Shown: piece by piece, positions 1 to 11,998 of the stretch | Numbering within the stretch: the first letter of the stretch is position 1 | How the letters are laid out: each line of letters begins with the position of its first letter | Origin: Takakia lepidozioides | Lineage: Eukaryota > Plantae > Bryophyta | Length of the DNA stretch: 64,000 bases | Reading direction: 5' to 3' | Assembly: GCA_030704615.1 (NCBI GenBank) | Contig: CM060732.1 | Coordinates: forward strand, 35,650,001-35,714,000 | Program-made: the position numbers and the translations under genes | The notes under the pieces: model-generated | The model's database searches: none | What the model was told of the DNA's origin: nothing | The model's input: only the letters and a program-made list of their open reading frames with translations

Positions 1-18
1 CAAATGACTTCATTTGTC

Positions 19-103
19 TGTCGTGCGCATACATATCGCTACACAACTACATCGCTGTCCAAACCACACCATATATATATGCACAATAAAGTAGTCTGCC
101 ACA
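19..103 (-). repeat. Terminal repeat A, outer copy (85 bp, TG..CA)
   Basis: Direct repeat of 463-547 with 2 mismatches. Confidence 0.95.
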
Positions 104-105
104 AT

Positions 106-460
106 TGATTGAGAAAGCTAAGAACACACACTCTCAACACAAGAAATATGAAATCCATCGCTATCACTCTTTGAAATAGTAGTCGAGCCAGGGGCACCCC
201 AAGCTATGGGGACTCCACCCCACAACAACCTACACTCCCATCATGAGTACACTCAGATCTAAACGCATGCAGGAGCTCGGTCGCGCAGGCTCAACTCGAG
301 AGAGATGAGCCACGCGACTGCCGCTCTCGTGAAGATAAGGCCGTTTAGGTGTCAAACTAAACTTGACACCTGATTTAACACTTGACCTAAATCCAAGTGT
401 TAAATACAAATAACTAGCTTTATTCTAGTTGTTTTCACACTGTGCTTATTTAACTTGACA
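106..460 (-). repeat. Terminal repeat B, 3' copy (355 bp, TG..CA)
   Basis: Direct repeat of 18950-19304. Confidence 0.95.
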
Positions 461-462
461 AC

Positions 463-547
463 TGTCGTGCGCATACATATCGCTACACAACTACATCGTT
501 GTCCAAACCACACCACATATATATGCACAATAAAGTAGTCTGCCACA
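463..547 (-). repeat. Terminal repeat A, inner copy adjacent to the PPT
   Basis: Direct repeat of 19-103. Confidence 0.95.
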
Positions 548-549
548 AT

Positions 550-560
550 CGCCCCCCTAG
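550..560 (-). promoter_or_regulatory. Polypurine tract
   Basis: Minus strand reads CTAGGGGGGCG-AT-TG into repeat A. The equivalent tract lies at about 51413-51423 in the relative. Confidence 0.8.
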
Positions 561-806
561 CTGGTGGGTAGGTCCCTCTACCTCCAGATAGCTACAAGAC
601 GTAATAGCCATAGCCGTACTAAGTCCTCTATCACTGTCCCTATCGTACTCAAACTCTATAGACCAAGAGGCCGGGTACAAGAGTAGCCCCATCGTTAGTC
701 GCCGTCTTGCAATCTGTGAACTTGAGCCAGGACTTCGTGTATTCAAGGTATCCTGTAGCTGGGCCTTGCGTTGCTTGTTAGCCTTCCATGGTTGTATCCA
801 CTCCCA

Positions 807-2270
807 CTATCCAATGCATTGTGGACATAACTAATCCCCATCCGGAACCATCTCAAGAGGTGGAGTCAAGCATCCCATATGCCAACCTCTAGAGCATCGA
901 TCACACACCAGCATTGTGGCTGCCCCTTTAGCAGACCCACACAACATGCACCTCAAACCTGTAGATACCACTGCCAGGTTTGGGTCAATCTTGCCATCGA
1001 CATTCGGAAGGTGACATGGCGCACAATTACGCACATGGTCCTTCCAAGTTATGCCATCCTGACCCTCCAAGACCAAGACGCCTGAGGGCAAGACCTCTCG
1101 AACCCTCAAAATAACACGTCCTGCAGTCACATCCAGGGTCGTAGCAGCAGTCTGCTGCAGATAGACATAGTCACCAGGGTTGAATCTCCGAACCCCAGGA
1201 CGATAGCCCCCACCACGTATGGTAGCATACCTCAACGTATCACGGTGTTGTGCAATGGCAAGGTTCTCGAAAGCCATGGGCATGACTCTCTTGAACAACT
1301 CTACACGCTGCTCACATGCATGTGCCCACACGTCCGGATCGTCAAGGTTAAGAACTGTAGCAGCTTCTCTGCGAATGGATGTAGGCAAATCCGGCTCTCG
1401 GCCAAAGAGAAGAAATTATGGTGAGAAGGAGGCAAGTGATGCTTGCTTGCTGAACCTGTAGCCCATGGCTAACCAGAGTAACTGAAGGTCCCAATCTCCT
1501 AGGTGTCCCTTCTGCAAGCCATACTTGCGCAAACCCCTCTTTACTGTCTGAACAACTCTCTCTGCCAAGCCATCGGCTTCAGGATGATCCCGAGAAGTGG
1601 TGCGGTGGTCTATCAAGGCCTTGTCACACAAAGCCTGAAACTCCCCCAAGAACTCTCTCCCTTGGTCCGTGAGTACCTCAGCTGGGGCACCGAATCGGCT
1701 AAGCACACAATCCAAGAATGCATACGCAGCTCCCTCACTAGCCTTATCAGGCAATGGAACCAATTCAATCCACTTGGAGAAGTGCTCCACCATCACCAAC
1801 ACGTACTTGTTGTGGCGCATGGTCAGTGGCAACGGCCCTGCGAAGTCAAGACTCCACCTGTAGCCCAATCCCATGATCGGAAGAGGGTGCAATTGTGGAG
1901 TAGGGGCGTTGAATGAAGCACGCACCCTGTCACACACCATGCACCTAACCACAAATTGTTGCACCTCTGTGTGCATACCACGCCACCAATACTGCCCCTG
2001 CAGTAGACTATGAGTGCGTCGCACCCCAAAATGCCTCAACTCCTCATGGGCATGCCGCACTAACCGTGCCCGCTATGTTGGGTGAGGCACAATCCTCACT
2101 CGACCATCCTCCCACACTCGGAGCAGGTGTGTCCCCTCCCACTTGAACCTCTTGGCTCGTTGTAGGATCCGATCCCTCTCCTTGGTAGTCACAGTGGCTG
2201 TAGTGTCTCCAGTGCGGAGGTAGTCCAACACAACTGAATCCTCATGTATATCTTTGGCGCCACCTTGCTC
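807..2270 (-). pseudogene. Integrase (H2C2 Zn finger, rve DDE core) with C-terminal PHD finger
   Basis: HEELRHFG..CMVC, WSLDFAGP, VLTDQGREF, DGLAER; then CMLC..VCDRCSRGWHMGCLTPPL..(W>stop)LCPQC. Stops at 2073, 1416 and 831. Confidence 0.93.
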
Positions 2271-3946
2271 ATTGCTGGCCTCAGGGTCCTCAGATACTTG
2301 ATCTACAGTCATCCCTGTTGCAGGTCCAACCTGGCCTTCCGCTGCCAAGATACACAGAAATGCAGATGCATGCCATCCGGGCACCATCTCCTCGTCTGTC
2401 TCACCATGCCACCGAGCTCCAGTGTCATCCTGCTGGCTCGTGCATGGATTGCGACTCAACCCATCTGCATTGCGATTGACCAAACCCGGTCGATGCACCA
2501 CCTGAAAGTCATACTCTTGAAGGATGAGTGCCCACCGTGCAAGCTTCCCCGTAAGCTTGTCTGACTCCATCAACCACTTGAGTGGTTGGTGATCCGTGAC
2601 AAGGGTGAAGAGATTGCCGTATAGATAGCACCGGAAGTGTGCCACGGCCCACACTACAGCTAAGCATTCTCCCTCATATGAGCTATACTTAGACTCTGCA
2701 GCATTGTTTGAGCGGCTAGCATAAGCCACTACGAACTCTCTTCCCTCATCATCCACCTGTGTGAGCACCGCTCCAAGCCCCAGCATGCTCCAATCGTATG
2801 CAGCTGAAAAGGACGCCCCCTGATAGGTCATCTCAAGATGGGCACCGAGGTCAACCTCGCCTTGAGCTCTTGAAAAGCTTGTTCTTGCTCATCTTCCCAC
2901 TGCCACTCCTGGTCCACCTTGGTCAGCTTGGTTAGAACCTTTGCAATGGCACTAAATCCCTTAACAAACCGTCTGTAATAGTTTGCTAACCCCATGAAAG
3001 CTCGAACTCGGCTCACATCCGTGGGGCGTGGAACCTGTGCAATGGACTCTACCTTAGTCTGCTGTACCCCCAATCCTCCAGGATATATCATGTGACCCAG
3101 ATACTCAATCTGGTTGTGGAAAAACTTGCACTTGCCCGGATGTAACTTCAATCCGTGCGTCCTCAAGCGCTCAAATACCCCCTGAAGGTGTCTCTCATGC
3201 TCCTCCACCGTAGCACTAAAGATGATGATGTCATCTATGTAGCACCGAGCAAACTCCACCCCTGCTAGAATCCTGTCCATGACTCTTTGAAACTCAGCGG
3301 GAGCGTTTTTAAGCCCAAATGGTAAGAACCGCCACTGGTATAGGCAATCCTTCCCGTGCTCATTGATCCCCCAGAATGCCGTCTTTTGCTTATCCGCCTC
3401 CTTGATCGGCAACTGGTGATATCCGGATCATAAATCCAACGTGCTAAAGACCTTGGAATGCCCAATGGCATCAAAGATCTCCTCTGGTGTCGGCATGGCA
3501 TACCTATCGGACTTGGTCTGACGATTTACAGGCCGGTAATCACCACACATACGTCTCTCCGTCCAATTGCCATAGATATCTTTCTTGGCTGGCATCACTG
3601 TGGCTGAAGCATACTCTCCACCAGAGAGCTCCACCAAACCTGCCTCCCAGAGATCTTGAGTCCTCATCTGAATCAAAGACCTCTCCATGTCACTGTATAT
3701 ATAGGGTCTCCGAAAGATTGGCGTGTCAGTGGCCAACTCAATACGGATCTCTTGACCCTTCAGTGCTCCCAAGTCCTTCAAACTGAAGGCAAAGCAATTC
3801 CTGTAAGCCCTCAGGAACCGCCGTATACGTCGTCTCTCTCCTCCGGTGACAATGGGTCCAATGTCAGGCTCCCAATTGTCCTCCGTAACTGCAACCTTAA
3901 GTCCAGTGGGCTGTAGAGGACGTGTCCCGTAGTTGCTATGCTGCAA
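2271..3946 (-). pseudogene. Reverse transcriptase and RNase H of the Gypsy pol
   Basis: RMCGDYRPVN, STLDL*SGYHQ, LPFGLKNAP, CYIDDIII, VAYASR, ECLAVVWAV, LVTDHQPL, ADGLSR; contains internal stops and frameshifts. Confidence 0.95.
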
Positions 3947-4102
3947 CCTCTTGAGCAGTACTTCCTTCCTGCTCAGTCAATGACAAGGCCTCATCCTGCC
4001 CCATCATCTCATCATTGAGAACCTCCTATCCCGAGAAGAATCCCCAACCTCATCCATCACAGCTGCCTTGGCTGCCAACTCCCTCTGAACCTCGAGCACC
4101 TC

Positions 4103-5334
4103 TCATGTGTGCCATGGATGTCTACACCCCGTGGTCCTCACCGGTTTGCCCCCACTCGCTGCCTGTACCGTCTCGGTAGGCAAAGAGACTGTCAAGGGAA
4201 GTGCACTCCGCACTCTACGTTGCTCAGCCATAGCCAAGCTGATAATCCAGGTCAAGCAATTGAGATCCATTGCTTGCCCCAACACCTGACGACGTGATGC
4301 CTCAGAAAGAGAAAGCACCGCCGTGGTCCCAGTGGAAAATCCCATAGCCCGCTCTCGCTCGTCGCATTAGGCTCCACAAACTGTTGCAACTGAGCATCCC
4401 ACAGGAGGCCAGGTCCACCATCCCAAAAAGCATGGGATCCTGGGAAGCTGAGCAGTGTAGGTAATGCTGCTTGTGGTTGACCCACCCTGTTGACCACTGC
4501 CAAAGGCGAATGGTCATCGTGTCTCACACGTTGAGACTGCCTCCCTGTGTCCAAAATGCCATCCATGGTGAGGTGTGCTGACCGTTGCACCCCATCAAAT
4601 GCACGCTTGAGCAGTGCGGGGGGCATCAAGTTAGTCCACCAAAGCCGTGGACGATGAGCCCGTGACCCCACTGCAGCTGCATCCAGCAACGCTGCTGACC
4701 CAAGCCACGACCGGACTTGATGCACACTGGCCATCACCCTGGCCCGAGAATCACCCATCAGTGGCACATTCTCCAAGATGTATGCTGGAGATACAGCTTG
4801 ATGAAGCTGCAAGTGGCGCAAAACCCGCACCATCTCCCAAAACAGACCCGTCCTCAAGTCTCGCAATCCATTGCCATGCCCGGCTGATGAATGCCCTTGG
4901 CAGGGCCAACCTGCCACTACCAGATCAATGGAGCCAACCTGCTCTAAATCCGGCGCCCCCAGCAACGAAATGTCTGCTGGCAAGGCTTGTTGGTATCCAC
5001 GAACTGTAGACACTGGCAACAAAGCAGGGTACTGCTGTACCAATTGAGCAACATGGCGCAGTGAGACGCGTCGTGCAGTCTCATCCCTCTCCACATACAG
5101 GTAACGCCTTACTTGCACACCTGCCTGTAGCACAGCAGCCAATCCGGTGCTGATCCCGCCAAACAAGTCCAGAAGGCAAATGCCTTCATTTGGATACTGC
5201 CACACAATAGGTGTGGTATCCAATGGTGACAACTGAGGTGGTCCTGGTGCAATACCCGCACTCTCCTCCTCTACTGACGGTACAAAAGCCTCTACCCAGG
5301 CTTGTTGCACCCGTTGATCAGCAACCTGCTGCAA
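4103..5334 (-). pseudogene. C5 cytosine DNA methyltransferase domain (Dnmt3-like) within the retrotransposon polyprotein
   Basis: Motif I LDLFGGIS, II YVE, IV DLVVAGWPCQ (Cys codon 4900-4902), VI YILENV, VIII AHRPRLWWTNL; after a 1-nt frameshift at about 4364, IX ERERAMGF and X RRQVLGQAM. Confidence 0.93.
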
Positions 5335-6126
5335 ATCCTTGGGGGGTTGCTATTCCATGAGCTCATGAGCTCATGAGCGGGCATGGCTCACCCATGAGCC
5401 GCAAAGTAACACACTTCGAATTTCGGCAAATTTTTTCGGGCCCAAAACTATAAAATAATCGAAAATCAAAGATTTCCGCGCTCATGCTGGAAGCACTCCG
5501 CTCATGAGTACCAGTGTACGCTCATGACTTGGAGCCCAGGCTCATGGACCGCCAGGCCAGGTCATAGAAAAACTGAATTCTGGGCAATAACGGCACCGAA
5601 ATTATCCCAGAGGCAGAGACGCAAGCGGAATTAGGATCCGGGTTTGCAGACTCCGAAAACACAATGGCGACCTATAACCGTGGATAGTACTGTTGCAGAA
5701 GTGCAGGATGGTTGGGTATAACGACGCCGTAATTGGGCACAGGAAAAGAAATAGCCGACTGAAGGCTCAGGAGTGAAGCCAACAACGGTGAAAGTAATTG
5801 GGCTCCACCAACCAAATACCCGGCTGCATCCTCCGGAATGCAGGCGATAACGGCGCCAAAATGGGCCCCGAAAACCAAATACTTGGCTGAAGCTACCGGA
5901 GTGCAGCCGATAACGGCGCCGAAATTGGGTCCGGAAACCAAATACCCAGCTGAAGGCTGGGGATTGCAACCAATAACGGTGCCGAAATTGACCTGCGGAA
6001 ACAAAATTCTCGGCTGAAGCTTCCGTACTCCATCCAATAACGGCGCCGAAATTGGGCTCCGGAGAGCAAATACCCGCCTTACGGTAAGGGAGGCCTTGCT
6101 CTCATTTTGCTCTTCACTCTTCTCTG

Positions 6127-6726
6127 TTGTGCCCATCTCCTCCCTGCTTTGAGTTCGTGCTATGTCGTGAGGCCATGTCGTGCCCGAATCACATCTATCG
6201 ACGCCAGACGGGAGTTATTTTCCCGAAAGCAGACGACATCATTGTTTTCCTGGATGTTTACAGGGACGATCCTCGACTTGTCCAGCTGAGAGCAATGGAG
6301 TTTCTTCCAGGATTGCACGATTCTCCTGGACCCCGGCTGGGGAGCAGGTGGTTCCTACGCATCATGGACCTGGACTTTCCGCATGAGTGGGAGCCGAACA
6401 GATCACGCACAGCGTTGCTGTATCGCTGGAATTGTTGCGAGTGGACGTATAATGAGTGCATAGGTGAAAACTTTACGCGTGGACGGACTGGCTCGGAAAG
6501 TGGGGACATTCTCTTCAGTTATGAGGATGAGGAGGAGGGGAACACAGGGCCCACTGTGAAAATGTCCTTCTACCAAGGAGGCGCTATCGATAAACACGAC
6601 ATCCTCGTTAATTTCAACCGGGCGACAGAAACCACTGACATTTTGTTCAAATATAGGCACCCGGTCATTGAGGAGGTCCTTGAGAGGCCAGTTAGAGTTC
6701 CTTCTTCTTGGGCGAGGGGACCATAG
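6127..6726 (+). CDS. Hypothetical protein carried by the MULE-like element
   Basis: 199-aa open frame with protein-like composition; no recognised motif. Confidence 0.4.
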   Translation: MCPSPPCFEFVLCREAMSCPNHIYRRQTGVIFPKADDIIVFLDVYRDDPRLVQLRAMEFLPGLHDSPGPRLGSRWFLRIMDLDFPHEWEPNRSRTALLYRWNCCEWTYNECIGENFTRGRTGSESGDILFSYEDEEEGNTGPTVKMSFYQGGAIDKHDILVNFNRATETTDILFKYRHPVIEEVLERPVRVPSSWARGP

Positions 6727-7408
6727 GTCTTGCATGCTAGAGTAGACATGTTTCGACTCGCCGACACTCATGGCACATACATTTTCATTCAGAAATCAAG
6801 CAGCTTCCCTGTGCCATATGGGAATATACATGCTTGGATAATCTTCTGTTAAGGTTTTTTGCAATTCACTGCCAGTATGCTGGGACGTGTCCTTTGTCGT
6901 ATGGATTGCTGTTTGCACAAGGTGCAGTATGCAAATGCTGGAATGTGCAGTAGGACCCTTCCCACTGGGACACAGAACTAGCAATCTTGTAAAGGCATCA
7001 CATTTGCAGAACAGTAACAATGTATTTGTAGCAAATTGGAGTCTTGTCATAAAGGTGGACGAAAACGCCAGGATGGGCTGCGAAATCACTACAAATTGAA
7101 TGAAGAGCAGTAACAAGGAAGCACTATGCAGTACACAGACCATAAACGGTGCTGAAATAGGTCTCAATGCCCGTTAATCTCCACACAATGTATGCTTTAC
7201 TCGGATCCATTTGTAGACAACCAAAATAAAAAAAGCATGCGCATGCCATTCATGGCCAAAAACCACATTCTCATGTATTGCGGCACCGAAATTCACATGT
7301 AGCCATGGCGATGCGGCACCACCAAGTGTATAATTCCTCACAAAAAAATAGGGTGCAAGAAGATGAATGTAATATAATTGCCACTTTCTCCTTCCCGAAT
7401 GTGGAATG

Positions 7409-7828
7409 TCAAGCAGTCCGACCAGTATCCTGCCGTAGGGCCTTGTACAGCTCGTTGAAACTCAGTGTTGGAGCATGGATGAAGACGTCCACTGCGGATA
7501 TGCAACTCATGCGCTTCAGAAAAATGTAATAAAGGTGTTTGCAGGGGACGTATGCTGCATTCTTCGATTCCATAACAAGGAAGTCCTCACAGTTGCAAGC
7601 TGGGTACTGTGAAACCGTGATTGTATACACGACACTGCGCGCAGCAGACCCGGCTGTTGACAACTGAAATATGCGCCCCATCCCGGGGTGAGGAACATCC
7701 CTGCAACCTTGCACTATGCAGGGCATTGCAATAGCGTTGGCCATCCTGGTGTCGTTCGCCTTTGTTGGTGGCCGCCGTCTTTTCAGTTTCCCCCACAGAT
7801 GGGTGGGCCAAGCTGCGGGGTCACCCAC
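7409..7828 (-). CDS. SWIM zinc-finger protein fragment
   Basis: YTITVSQYPACNCEDF..PCKHLYYIF fits CxC-n-CxH. Probably continues upstream (7821-8060) across a frameshift. Confidence 0.75.
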   Translation of the reverse strand: MGDPAAWPTHLWGKLKRRRPPTKANDTRMANAIAMPCIVQGCRDVPHPGMGRIFQLSTAGSAARSVVYTITVSQYPACNCEDFLVMESKNAAYVPCKHLYYIFLKRMSCISAVDVFIHAPTLSFNELYKALRQDTGRTA

Positions 7829-8149
7829 CGGTATGCGGGGCGAAGAGCTTCTCGTGGGAGGAGGATGACGACTGGGAATTGGATTTCGTGGAACGTATTT
7901 TAGCTTTCAGAGAATCAGGATGGAAGTTGACGTTTACCCAAACACGGGAGTCCATGTTGAAGACGGGACCTCTCGGTACGCTCCGCAGCGAAGTCCTGCA
8001 GTGAGAAGAGTGTGTCCTACCTAATAACACAAATGATTTTCTGGAGGATTCTGTATCCAACAGGATGGGTGATCAGTGCACGTAAAGATGAAGGTGTGTA
8101 ACGTACGTTACAAAAACGGACGACAACATCAAGTTCACATCGGATATTT

Positions 8150-8601
8150 GGTGCCTGAATTGTAATGTACAACCACTTGGGCTACAATAAATCAGGCCTT
8201 CCCATGAATTTCGGCACCGAAATCTGGATGAACATCTCTGTCATGTAACAACTTTGGAAGCCAGGGGATGAATTCCGGCGACAGAAATCGTAATTTGTTC
8301 ACCTCATGAAACTGACCAAGCACCCAACGGATGGATTTCGGTGCCGAAATTCGGATGAACATCTTCTTCATCAAATTGTTTCTGCACATGAGGGTTGAAT
8401 TTGGATGCCAAAATACGGATGAATGTGTTCCTGATTACAGTCGTGATTCACCACATGTCCGGATATTGGTGCCAACATCCAAATGACAGTAATCCTGAAT
8501 CGGCAGAATGGATGTATTTCGGCGCCGAAATTCATTCTTCTCTTTTTCCGACCCTAATTCTGCTGCCCTGTGGATGGATTTCAGTGCCGAAATTCATCTG
8601 A

Positions 8602-8645
<44 letters not shown>

Positions 8646-9840
8646 CTTTGCAACAGATGAACTTCGGCGCCGAATCTCATCCAAGTACTCCCTTCTAATT
8701 TTCCTTTTTCTTCGCGAGCAATGAATTTCGGCACCGAAATTCATCCGAAGTCCTCCAAAAAAAAAAAAATTCTTCGCGAGCAATGAATTTCAACGCCTAA
8801 ATTCATCCGAAGTCCTCCCCAAATTTATTTTTTCTTCGCGAGCAATGAATTTCGGCGCTGAAATTCATCCGAAGTCCTCCCGAAATTTTTTTTTTCTTCA
8901 CGAGCTATGAATTTCGGCGCCGAAATTTAACCGATTCCATCCCTCCAAATTTTTTTCAGGGTTTGAGCGCCGGATTTCGGCGCCGAAATTCATCCAATGC
9001 CCTCCCTCCAATATTTATTTTTCTTTGAAAGGGATGAATTTCGGCGCCGAAATTCGTCCAAACCCGACACTTATTTTTTGCTTCTGGATGATATAATTTT
9101 CCGTAAATCGTTGGAAATACCCCGTTCCGACGAAGATAACAGGAATATTCTGCATTTAATGGAGAAATCGGCATATTGAACCCCTTCTGTCAAAATTAAT
9201 TGCATTTTAGCCGTTTTTTTCATTTGAAACTGACAGTATCCATTAAGTGGTCTTTTTCGCACGGGACGTTGCCGCACATAAAGTATAATTTCGGCGCCGA
9301 AATTATAGTTAAATGTCCACAAATGGCAAGTCCAACAGGCATGGACAGCATCCGTCAGGGGCAATGATGGCGGCAAAGCATAGCATGGTGCCGATTTAGT
9401 CTTCGCTCTAGATGAATTTCGGCGCCAAAATATGGATGATTTCACCTCGTCTACGCGCGGATGGAGATATTCGTAATGAATTTCGGCGCCGAAATATGGA
9501 TGAAATGTGCCCAAGTGCAGCCGTTTCCACTGTCTCGGAATTAATTCCGGCTCCAATATCCCACTGACAGGTTTGCTCATGACGGATGAGGACTTGGGAA
9601 GCGATGAATTGCGGCGCCGAAATTCGTAAGTTTGTGTATGAAAGCACTTGAATAAGATGAATTTCGGCACCGAAATTCATCCATCCGCTGATGAAACGTA
9701 CCGACCTGACTGTTGAATGTCATAGGCAGGGGATTTTCATGGCGGTTGGGTTTCATGATGTGCGGATATTTCATTCAATGCCGGCTGCTCCGAGAACAGC
9801 ATCCGATGAACGGAAGGTATTTCGGTGCCGCAATTCGGAT
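8150..9840. repeat. Dense array of the palindrome (G)AATTTCGGCGCCGAAATT(C)
   Basis: Many irregularly spaced copies, e.g. 9036-9055 and 9657-9682; further copies at 5590-6060 and 12245-12525. Confidence 0.9.
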
Positions 9841-10347
9841 AAACTGTCTTGTACTGGTGGCTGGAACTGGCACGCGTCGTGTTCCAGTCGACTTCATCCG
9901 TGCGAACGTGTCAGGGGTCACAATCTCTTCATCACCCATACGGCAAAAAATGTTGGACGGTGGCAACGCTTCGGGAGACGTGACTGCTTACGCATCTGCT
10001 CGTGCATAGTGGTTGCATGTTCCACCGCTTCGCTCTCTCGCTCCTTGCCCTTCTGCAGTGACGTTCTCCTGCGTTTCCTCTCCTTATGCGGCATAGTGGT
10101 AGCATAGAGTTTGTAGAAGGTCAGGCGACTCCGGCAAAGAGAAAGAGGACGTGGGATTTTGGGAAGCCGCCGACGACACGACTTAAGCTCCGTTTCATGC
10201 ATGAAATGCAGACCTCGTTATCCGGAGACTCGGATCGCCCACCAGTGAGAGATTCGTGCTTTGCGGATGTGAAGCACTCCATACGCAATATTCCTTTTAC
10301 ACCTTTTTTTTTGCGTGCAGTGTCTCATGTTTTCCTGTTTGTTTGAC

Positions 10348-11998
10348 ATGGAAGCTGGGGAGGGATCGCAGGGGGGCGAGGCAACACAGTCAACTTTGGA
10401 TACTCCTGCCCGGGTGCTGCGCTCGAAAGGTGGAAGTGCATCGAGGCAGGCGAGTCCTCATTCAACACCTCAGATATCGCCTCAGAAAAGCCCACCTAGA
10501 GTTCGGAAGCCGAGGAAGCAGAAGGAGCCCATGGCTTCGCCAGTAAAACCCCTAGGGCGACTGGAAGCGGAGATATTGGGTTTGCAGTCAATTTCAGAAA
10601 CGGATGCGGTGGAGGCCGCTGGAGATGTGGGAGTTGGATCTGCAGAAGGGCGGCCCATTGAGCTGACAGAAGGAGAGGACGACAACGTGGTACGACTTGG
10701 CGACGATCAGAACCTGCTGGAGCTTGCGGAGGAGCAAAACCTCCAGGACATTTCCTTCTCTACAGACTCGTATCTTTCAGGCATTTTGCTTTGTGAAGGA
10801 ACATTCGAAATTCATATTACGTGAAGCAGGAAGACTTGTTGATTCCACAGTTGATCCACTAGAGTATAACGTCCTGTTCAACCATGTGGGAGAGAAGGAC
10901 ATTCTTTGTGATTTGTCGGGCAAGCCATGGAGGTATGGCAGGACCAGGAGTCCTGCATTCATCCAGACGCTCATGGAAACATGTACAGATGTTGAAGGCA
11001 GGGTCCGCGACGTCATTGCAAATACAGGTGAGAACGTTAATTGAATGCGGCACCGAAATTGACACCATTTCCGTTTGTGTATGTTTGCTTGTGCGAGGAA
11101 GCGACTCATTCTTGAGTTTGGCTGTGGTTGTGTCGTATGAATTCGCAGGTGCCTGTATGTGGGCGGGAAGGATGTCGAACCGATTTGTGTTCTCATTTGA
11201 GGGGGATACGGCCTTGTACGATTACAATTTGGCGGGCCTTCAGCGTCTGCCTCCGACCGAGGATCCCAAAAACGTAGAAGATGACGTGGAAGGGGAGGAG
11301 GAAGATGAAGAGGAGGAAGTCCAGGAAATTCGTTCGATGCAGGGGCGCCCGAAGCCGCTTCCCCCAATGCCTGTCTTCGAGTGAGTTGCACCATAGTAAG
11401 TGTATTGGTTTCGGTTGTAGGGACCATGCAACCTGCCGATGATTCCCTGTTTGAATTCTCTAATGTACTTCATTCTATGTTTGTGCGTACACTCAGCCTT
11501 GCAGAGTCGTCCGACGAGGAGAAGCTGGGAGACTTGCCCGAATCGGACCCTGTTGCAGAGGAGGAGACAGAATCGCATCGGCCATTCTTTGCCAGAAAAT
11601 CGTTTCTCGCGAGTCCCCAGAAGCCCTTTTTTCTACCAGCCTATGCAGACACGGCTGCCAAAGAAGCCATCAGGAGGGAGGATAGGCCTACTCGGTTAGA
11701 GCAATTGACATACGGGAATGAGAAGAGAATTATAATGAGGCGTGAGGCCAAACATAGAATTGTGAAAGGCAGAGTAGGGAAGTTCGTAATAGAATCCGTG
11801 TCCGAGAGCGAGGGGAATGTTGAGGACACCTCCGCACCCAGGTGGACAGTTCCGGTTGGTGAGGATGGTATTTTTGAGGGGAGGGCTTCTCAGAGTAACA
11901 GCGGTAGCGGCAGTGCAGGTTCGGAGGCAGGTGGAAGGCAGCCATCCTTGCATGAGGCCGGGGATGCATCGGACAGTGATAGCGGATCCTCACCATAG
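10348..11998 (+). CDS. Probable spliced or degenerate acidic low-complexity gene within the MULE-like element
   Basis: Consecutive coding-like frames separated by short GT-AG segments (about 11028-11148 and 11381-11420); one apparent frameshift near 10760. Confidence 0.4.

Noticed and set aside
879-5009. Numerous plus-strand ORFs over pol
   Set aside because: They are antisense shadows of the minus-strand coding sequence.
4103-5334. Bacterial restriction-modification methylase or contamination
   Set aside because: The domain is in frame with a retrotransposon polyprotein, has Dnmt3-like motifs and lies inside a plant intron.
8532-9774. ORFs rich in NFGAEIH/FRRRNS and poly-Lys
   Set aside because: They are translations of the palindrome and of the poly-T run at 8604-8645.
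8150-9840. Palindromic repeats resembling a CRISPR array
   Set aside because: Spacing is irregular, repeats are degenerate, there are no cas genes, and the context is a eukaryotic transposon.
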